Below are positions 50,671 through 57,747 of a stretch of DNA of 57,747 nucleotides, in pieces. The notes beneath the pieces were generated by a model. It was not told the origin of the DNA. It did no database searches and was given only the letters and a program-made list of their open reading frames with translations. Source of the DNA: a virus (lineage: Duplodnaviria; Heunggongvirae; Uroviricota; Caudoviricetes). Made by a program: the position numbers and the translations under genes. Location of the stretch: IMG/VR virus record IMGVR_UViG_3300029887_000004; one strand, 5' to 3'. Numbering within the stretch: position 1 is the stretch's first letter; each line of letters starts with the position of its first letter.

Positions 50671-53497
50671 CCTTTACTTTAACAGGACAGTTATATGCAT
50701 CATAATAATTAACAATCTTATTCTCTTTCATGTCAATTTTTACATAAGCACTTGCATGTGGAAATCCACCATCAAATCCTTTTACATACATATAATCATC
50801 TACAATTTTAGTTCCAACAATCTGAAGATAGTTTTCTTTAAACCATTTTCCCGAAATATTTTCTGCATATTCTTTGAAAATATCGTGATAATTATAATCT
50901 TCGTGCATACTAATCATATTATTATCTCCTTAAATTTTCCAAATGAAAGAGTGATTTCAACGCTTTCTAATATCTGCCGACGGAGTTCTCTTAGTAATAT
51001 TTTTTGCAACACGTTCCTCAAGAACATAATCTGTAATTGGTTTCAACAGGTCACACATGTCTACATTGCACTCAGATCTATATTTACTACAAAACCAATC
51101 GCTACCACATTCCGTTCTTGACAAAGGACATTCACTTACACATCTAGACATTTCATCTATAATAAGTTTCATGATTCATCACCTCTAATCTTTCTCTCCA
51201 AAATATATCCATACTCATTAATCACTTCTTTTAATAGTCTTTCACTCTCTTTTCGTGCTTTAATACTATTAATAACTGATAATTTATTCTCCAACCCATA
51301 CAGGTTCTTCATTTCTATTTCTGTGTCATTAAAATCAAGTTGGAGATTTAAGATTTTATTTGCGATAGATTTCAGATTGTCATTATATTTGTTGATAGCA
51401 ATTGTTAGTTCTTTTGAATATTCCATTATTAATACCTCACAAAATCTGGGTCGTACTCAAATGCAAAGCAACATCCATCACTTATATTTACAAGTTCACC
51501 AATATCTAAAGAACATATTGCTTTTCCTGTAGTTTCTTCATTACATTCGCAATACCAACACCATTTACAAGTATATCTGTCCTCTGGCATATTCTCCATT
51601 ACTTCCAAATCCTTTCATATTCATCAATCCAATTCTGTGAAGAAAAAGTATTATGTCTGCGAATTTCACTTTGTATTTCTTTCCACAGAATACAATAATC
51701 TTTCATAATTTTATTTCTTACAAAAGCAGCATATCTATTACTTTCTGAACGTATATCGTTACAATACAAAAATGCTTCTGTTGGATCATATCTGCTTCTC
51801 ACATCAGTTAATGATCTATCATATTTTTCCGTCATTCCCATATATAGACAAGCTAATCTGTATTGTAAATTAAAACTAGGCATTACTTAACTTTCTTCCA
51901 CATATAGGACAATAATTTATTTTTAATGATTTACTTCTCCATTTTTTTGGGATAAAGCCGTCAGGTCTTTCAATATCAAGTCTGTATTCAAATTCCCCAT
52001 TTGAAGAACTACCCTCGTACATATTTATTTCTTTTAGCTTTGGTTCTGCCATAAAGTCACTACAGAATTCACATGTACCAATATCAAATTGGTACGTACT
52101 ATCTACAGAACTTCCATACATAAACTCATCACATTGTTCACCTGGTCTTGGACAGTTTGTATTTTCCGCATTCATTTTCTTCCCTTCTTTAAAATTATTT
52201 TCAAAAATTATATTTATATAATCTGTAATAAAATCAATTATTCGCATTAATAGATAAACTTCCCAACATATACAGTCGTTCATGATAACATCTGCTGGCG
52301 TTGAAAATCTTACCCTGTCACCATGTTTACTTGCCCACTCCAGAGTCCCATTCTTATAATGAAATTCAATCGTTGCTATTGTACCAATTACATGTATTAC
52401 AAAAAATATAATTAATAGTTTGTCCAATTTATTCTCCTTATGAAACTCACAATTCTTCTATTAGTTCTTCTAAGATACTCCTTAACTCCGGATTATTTAC
52501 TACAACAACATCAAAATTGAATGGAAAAATTCTTTGTATTCCAATTTCTCCACTGTCTTTACAGTAGATAACACCTGCCACTCCCACCATACCTTGTTCC
52601 ATATATTTCTGTGATAATTCTTTATCAGAGATTTTGTCGGTTTTAAACCAATAATCTTTAAATTTGTTTGGACTATTTAATCTAATAAATTTAAAATTTG
52701 TTTTATCCATACTATACTCTCTTTCTATTGTGCCATTAATTCATAAATGATCGTATTTATCAAATATTACAACTCTTACTTTTTCGCCATCGTCCGTATC
52801 GATTATTTGCAACATTGAATCAAATGCACCAAGATATTCAGTTAATATCTCCTCTATTTCATATTCGTTTAATATCTCTCTAACTTTTACTGCCATATAT
52901 TCACCTCACGAAACGGACGTTTCATTAACTTTTTACTCTACAAATACGCTCATATTTGGCGTAAATTTTTCCGTTTTGTTCGTTAGAATACTTTTTTACA
53001 AACTCTTTCATTTTCTCGTTAATATCTTCCTTATTTACGTCAATTTCATAAGCATATATACATGTTTCGTCATCGCACACTTCTTTCATAATCTTAATAA
53101 GATCTACAATTTCAGTCTCTATTTCTTTCTTCTTGTAGTCTTTGAGAACTTCAATTACTTTGTCAGGATGTTCTCTCATGAATTTTCTGCAAGCAAATCC
53201 TGTTTCATTGTTTTCTTCGTCCAATTTACACTTCTCGCAAACCAGAGATCCGCACATCTTACTATACAAAATGATTGCTTCTTCTGCTGTCAATTCATCC
53301 TCTGCCAATCCTTCAAACATTTCATCTGTCCAGCAGAAAGCATCTTCTTTAATTTCATAGTAATCATCATGAACGAATGTAATTGTTGCAATATTTTTCT
53401 TTATCATTTCATCAAGTACGCTGTAGCCGTCATACAGTTCCGATAATGTTAAGTCACTTCTGATTTTCACTCTATCTCCAATTTTATATTTCATCAT
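50654..53497 (-). CDS. Array of small hypothetical proteins (50654-50917, 50957-51172, 51169-51426, 51599-51883, 51876-52427, 52447-52710, 52925-53497 and shorter ORFs)
   Basis: Co-oriented ORFs, most with SD sequences; several Cys-rich; no recognised families. Confidence 0.55.
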
Positions 53498-53520
53498 TCT
53501 TTTTCTCCTCCTTTGTTATC

Positions 53521-54012
53521 TCACGTTTTTTCATTTTCATCTTCCAACAGTTCAGGATTGTCATAAATATTGCCAATGACTTCCCAATCCTCACTTACCC
53601 AGCATTCCATCAACTCTGTGTTCCCATCAGATATTCCTACAACATAAGACAATGGATTTTTATGCGTGTAAGTCATAAAAGAACAATTCGCAAAAATAAT
53701 CTCTGCATAATAGTTATATTCCCCATCATAGCAGAATGGATATTGAAATCCTCTTAATATATCTCCCTCGAAGATTTTCTTACCATTCTTATCTGTTAAT
53801 CCTGTGTACTGGCAAACTGTATTCGGGTCAACATCATAAAACCCAATGCCTTCAATATCCCATTCGTCACAAGCCATTCCATTATACTCGGCAATCACCA
53901 AATCACCGACAAAAACGTGCCTAGGTTTTTGATAACCATCGTCAAACAAATATCCATCTACCCATTCACCATTATCGACACGTTTCCCTCTAAAAAGTAT
54001 TTCTCTATTCAT
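53521..54012 (-). CDS. YopX family protein
   Basis: REILFRGK, QYTGLTDKNGKKIFEGDI, EVIGNIYDNPELL motifs. Confidence 0.9.
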   Translation of the reverse strand: MNREILFRGKRVDNGEWVDGYLFDDGYQKPRHVFVGDLVIAEYNGMACDEWDIEGIGFYDVDPNTVCQYTGLTDKNGKKIFEGDILRGFQYPFCYDGEYNYYAEIIFANCSFMTYTHKNPLSYVVGISDGNTELMECWVSEDWEVIGNIYDNPELLEDENEKT

Positions 54013-54114
54013 AATCTTCTACTGTCTCCATTTTTTCAGATCCTCAATAAATCAAGATTCCTTAATTATCTTTCATGAATTTCTCTAGATGTGAACACAC
54101 TTAATTAAGATACT

Positions 54115-54576
54115 TTATACTTCCCTATAATTAAATTTGACGATATCCATAGAATCATCCATCCCTTTTTGACTAAGTAGATCGAGAAGATTAGTTCCAA
54201 AATGATCATCTTGAATGAAAATCTGTTTTACACCATATCTGGAACACATTTCTATAATAATCTCTGCTGCAGCGTCTGTTTTAGAACACCATTTTGAATA
54301 TACGATTTCAGCTTGTGGTGCAGAAACTGCAATTTGAATATCATTTTTATTCATATTAACATAAAGTGTATTATCCATATTTGTGCCAAGCTTTTTACGA
54401 TTTTCAATGCGTTTCAATCTTTCGCGCTCTTTTGGCGAAAATACATCATCAATAATTGTATCTTCTAAATCTTCCAGACACTGTTTAAACCATCTTGGAT
54501 CGTCACCTGCTACAGGATTATATGTTCGCAATTTCTGAATAATCTCTAATGCTTTATTTTCTAATTTTTTATTCAT
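54115..54576 (-). CDS. Hypothetical protein
   Basis: GAAAGGA SD; 153 aa. Confidence 0.6.
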   Translation of the reverse strand: MNKKLENKALEIIQKLRTYNPVAGDDPRWFKQCLEDLEDTIIDDVFSPKERERLKRIENRKKLGTNMDNTLYVNMNKNDIQIAVSAPQAEIVYSKWCSKTDAAAEIIIEMCSRYGVKQIFIQDDHFGTNLLDLLSQKGMDDSMDIVKFNYREV

Positions 54577-54607
54577 CTTTTAGTTTCTTCCTTTCAATTT
54601 TTCTATA

Positions 54608-54765
54608 ATATGTGGGTATGGATTTTCACCATACATAGCTACTCACTCCCTTCTGCCTAATCAGACCCAGTATCATCAGCTATTTCACTGTTTCAGATAC
54701 CGACGGAATTGAACCGTTAGAGCAACCTATCTGTCATTAGCGTCTACGTATTCCGCCACCACACA
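54608..54765 (-). ncRNA. tRNA-like RNA with an expanded central region
   Basis: Acceptor stem UGUGUGG/CCACAUA; Leu-type D arm UGGCGGAAUACGUAGACGC; T-like arm GUAUGG-UGAAAAU-CCAUAC; ~100-nt structured insert in place of an anticodon arm. Confidence 0.65.
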
Positions 54766-54769
54766 TTAT

Positions 54770-54961
54770 TTATTTTAATTCATAACATGAACAAAATATT
54801 CTTGGTAAATACTCGACAAACCAATCTTCTATAATTTTATCTTTCGCTTTACATACATAGTAGTCTGGTGTATACATATCCTTTGGTATTACAAGCACAC
54901 TATATTTACAGTATTTACATCGTCTATGTTTTTTTCTATAGTCAATAATTTTCTTTTCCAT
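54770..54961 (-). CDS. Cys-rich hypothetical protein
   Basis: RCKYCKY...C...CSCY. Confidence 0.55.
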   Translation of the reverse strand: MEKKIIDYRKKHRRCKYCKYSVLVIPKDMYTPDYYVCKAKDKIIEDWFVEYLPRIFCSCYELK

Positions 54962-55108
54962 AACGATATCTCATTCTTTCGTCAGTTTTCTTCCACACCA
55001 TGGGCAATAATTGATATCCAAATAGTATTCATTAGTCAGTGGATCGATAAAAATTCGATTATCATCAGATTCATAGTTACAATATCTGCACATTAAATAA
55101 TCGCTCCC

Positions 55109-55882
55109 TTATAATAGTCTAACAATTTGTTCGTATAAGCAAATATCTTTGTCATTAATAGCTTTATTCATATGCATATGTCCAAATAAATGCCTTTTAT
55201 ATTTTGTCGTAACTTTTATATCTTCTAGATAATTTGTAAGGACATCTGGTTCATATAAATTATTACCACGCATAAGATATAATTCTGACGTCGAAGGACT
55301 GTGGGTGATAATAAAATCGACCATATTGTTATTCTCTTTTAATACATTAATTCCATGCTGCATTTCCTCATCAGTTGGCAATTCCTCTTCCCACCAAGAT
55401 AAATCCTTAACACGATACATATATTTACCTTGTTTATCAAGTTTCTTTGCTTCTTCCTGCCAATTAGAATCATTGCAATCAAGAATGCCATCTTGAATAT
55501 CATGGCTGCTTGCCCCACCAAAAGCGAAGAACTTTGTTTCATCAATTGTAAATACTTCTCCTCGTATAAGATGTAATACATGGGTTCTTATCTCATGTAC
55601 TTTGCCACCATGCCATTCTTTTATAGGATAAGTTGAAAGTCTTTTGTGATTTTCATGATTCCCATCTACAAATATTGTTGTAAACGGTTTTTTGTTAAGC
55701 CAATCTAACCAGTACTTTTCTTGTTTACTTTCCTTATCTCTATTCCAAACAAGACCGAAATCTCCAAGAATAATAACTACATTTTCATCTTTGTTATTAG
55801 AAAAATTCTTTTGTTCGTAGAAACTATTTTTACTTAACCTGGTAGGATCTCCATGTATATCACCAGTCACATATACTGCCAT
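55109..55882 (-). CDS. Calcineurin-like metallophosphoesterase
   Basis: GDIHG, GDFG, GNHE, ITHS and GHMH motifs. Confidence 0.9.
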   Translation of the reverse strand: MAVYVTGDIHGDPTRLSKNSFYEQKNFSNNKDENVVIILGDFGLVWNRDKESKQEKYWLDWLNKKPFTTIFVDGNHENHKRLSTYPIKEWHGGKVHEIRTHVLHLIRGEVFTIDETKFFAFGGASSHDIQDGILDCNDSNWQEEAKKLDKQGKYMYRVKDLSWWEEELPTDEEMQHGINVLKENNNMVDFIITHSPSTSELYLMRGNNLYEPDVLTNYLEDIKVTTKYKRHLFGHMHMNKAINDKDICLYEQIVRLL

Positions 55883-55919
55883 AGCTCATCAGCCTTCCAT
55901 CTTTTATTATCATGACAAA

Positions 55920-56627
55920 TTATTCTTCATCTTCTCGTGTTCTCCATGCTTCCAAAACTGTCAATAATCTTTGTCCTTTTTTAGTTAACCAGCATCCACC
56001 AATACCACTCCCGTGTGTTGTAAAATCTTTGTCATCAAGAATATACATCATGAATTGTAACAGACCATATTGAATGTCTTTATTATAATCAATCAAAAGA
56101 TCATTTTTGTATCTACCAATAACCTCATGATAATCAATTTTTGATATTGTAAATTCGTTTCGTATACTTAGATATCTTCTTATCGTCTCATATGTAAATT
56201 CTGGATTTCCACATCCGCATAGACCTAATTCTTCGTGCATGTAAAAATCTAGCAGTGGATCGATAAGACTTTCTTCGTACCACTCTTCTCTGCATCCCTT
56301 TATGACATCGTTGTTATATGCGATATTAGATTCTGGACAATTGTCTGCAATGTATTCAGCCATTTCACTTAACTTCATATTTTTATTCTCCTACCACGCA
56401 ATCTTATATTCTGTTTCATTATACTGTGTTGAAGATGTAATTTTATATCCCAGTTCTTTCAGGTAAGCAATTGTGGCTGATGAAATGTTAGTTTCATCAA
56501 TCCAACAACTGTATTCACCCTTGCGCATTGCTGCCTCGATTTCAGGCATAATAGACGCTAATTCGGCATCTATTTGCTCTTTGTATGCTTTGTTCGAGAT
56601 ATTTCTTGCTTCTTGTGCTGTAAACAT
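55920..56627 (-). CDS. Two hypothetical proteins (55920-56378, 56391-56627)
   Basis: AGGAG SDs; LCGCG and HGSGIGGCWLT motifs in the first. Confidence 0.65.
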
Positions 56628-56638
56628 ATATTCTCCTC

Positions 56639-57136
56639 CTATTTAAATAAATTCTTTAAGTAATATTCAAAGTATCCTCTGATAAATAATCCAGAATATT
56701 TATTGTCTGGCATAAAGAAGATTGGAATATTGTACTTAAACCATATAGAATGCAGCGAAGCCCAAAATGATTTCTTATTATATTGAGTATCATAATTCCC
56801 AGATGCAATATCGGCATAAGAACCATTTTCAATCAACAGTACTTTATTCTCTGGTGCCAAACATAGTTCCTTCTCAAATCTATCTCTGCCATTTGTCAAA
56901 TTACCACTAATTTCCTCCAGACTGCCCTTGCGCTCCACAACAATCTTTTTATCAAAATATAATGGTCTTGGAATAGAAAGCTTTTCATTCTGTTCAAGCA
57001 TAAAACTATAATCACCATATGCCAGTGCTTTCTTTTTATATTTGATATCTTTTCTATCGAAATAATCAGTGATGTGAGAGAACGATTTTTCCCTCGTATC
57101 GATCAGAATAACGATGGAGGAGATTAGTTCCTCCAT
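56639..57136 (-). CDS. ERCC4-domain nuclease (may start at ATA 57169)
   Basis: IDTREK, GDYS, VERKGSLEE, LLIE motifs. Confidence 0.85.
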   Translation of the reverse strand: MEELISSIVILIDTREKSFSHITDYFDRKDIKYKKKALAYGDYSFMLEQNEKLSIPRPLYFDKKIVVERKGSLEEISGNLTNGRDRFEKELCLAPENKVLLIENGSYADIASGNYDTQYNKKSFWASLHSIWFKYNIPIFFMPDNKYSGLFIRGYFEYYLKNLFK

Positions 57137-57161
57137 CTCTTTATCTGTATATTTGTAATTG

Positions 57162-57747
57162 CTAAATATCTTGAACCACCTCCTCTACATTATTTTTTAC
57201 TGTGAATTTTCCAAGCCAAAATTCGAATTTATCCGGAACTTCCCTATATATTTTCTTTCCTGTTTTGGGATCGACCTCGCCCGTTGGTTCTTTTTTATTT
57301 TTCTTTTCCAGGGAAATTATGTATAGAATTGAACCAAGTTCGAATGGATTACGATTATATTGACTTGTCCACATTTTGACTGTTCGTGTTTTACCGCTAT
57401 AGATTTCGTAAAGAGATGCCGTTGTAAGATATTTCGTAGAATTGATAACGGATACATAATATAAACGTTTGTTGGCATCTGGTTGAACATATGAAACATA
57501 TCCATATAATTCTTGCTGATAATTCAAAATGTCTATAATAGATGTTTTTTGATATTCCACATTAGAAATTATATCTTTAAGCAATTCAACGGAATCAAAA
57601 TCTTTCCAGATTTTTTCAGTCTGTTTTTTACAATGTTTTTGTACGATGTTTTTTGGGATATTTAGTTCATCTAGTTTATCAATTTTGAATTGTTTTTTGC
57701 CGTAAATCTTATCAAAATATTCAACTTGCGCAAGGAGAGTATTGATC
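57162..57747 (-). CDS. Probable C-terminus of a phage DNA polymerase III alpha (partial; runs off the window)
   Basis: Frame is open to the window edge; YQQELYGYV plus an OB-like C-terminus; position beside an ERCC4 gene. Catalytic motifs lie outside the window. Confidence 0.5.
   Translation of the reverse strand, partial: INTLLAQVEYFDKIYGKKQFKIDKLDELNIPKNIVQKHCKKQTEKIWKDFDSVELLKDIISNVEYQKTSIIDILNYQQELYGYVSYVQPDANKRLYYVSVINSTKYLTTASLYEIYSGKTRTVKMWTSQYNRNPFELGSILYIISLEKKNKKEPTGEVDPKTGKKIYREVPDKFEFWLGKFTVKNNVEEVVQDI

Noticed and set aside
54608..54765. Canonical tRNA or tmRNA
   Set aside because: No anticodon arm; too short for tmRNA and it has a D stem.
1..57747. Stop-codon recoding; numerous short antisense or nested ORFs in the ORF track
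   Set aside because: Known genes are full length under the standard code; shadow ORFs inside long genes lack SDs and motifs.

Overview
A ~58-kb segment of a large SPbeta-like temperate siphophage or prophage, probably of a low-GC Firmicutes (Clostridia/Lachnospiraceae-like) host; the host is inferred. Left to right: (1) 88-5781, an island of mostly minus-strand accessory genes (trypsin-like proteases, Zn-ribbon proteins, a lipoprotein) with a duplicated promoter. (2) A tape-measure gene with no good start, split by a 1483-nt group I intron (11664-13146). In its P8 loop the intron carries a promoter, a structured RNA, a terminator and a PBECR4-like RNase gene instead of a homing endonuclease. 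(3) Tail, baseplate and fibre genes and a two-catalytic-domain endolysin. (4) A cargo-less Tn7-like tnsA-tnsB-tnsC-tniQ operon whose only recognisable transposon ends (TGT...ACA) bracket a 492-bp mini-element beside the genes, not around them. (5) A minus-strand early arm (dut, nrdG, nrdD, gmk, thyX, ligA, radical SAM, two HPr-like proteins, YopX, phosphoesterase, ERCC4 nuclease, probable DnaE C-terminus) with many small genes, a dispersed ATGAAA-N6-TTTCAT palindrome and an expanded tRNA-like RNA. All family calls come from motif recognition by eye; no database search or folding program was run.
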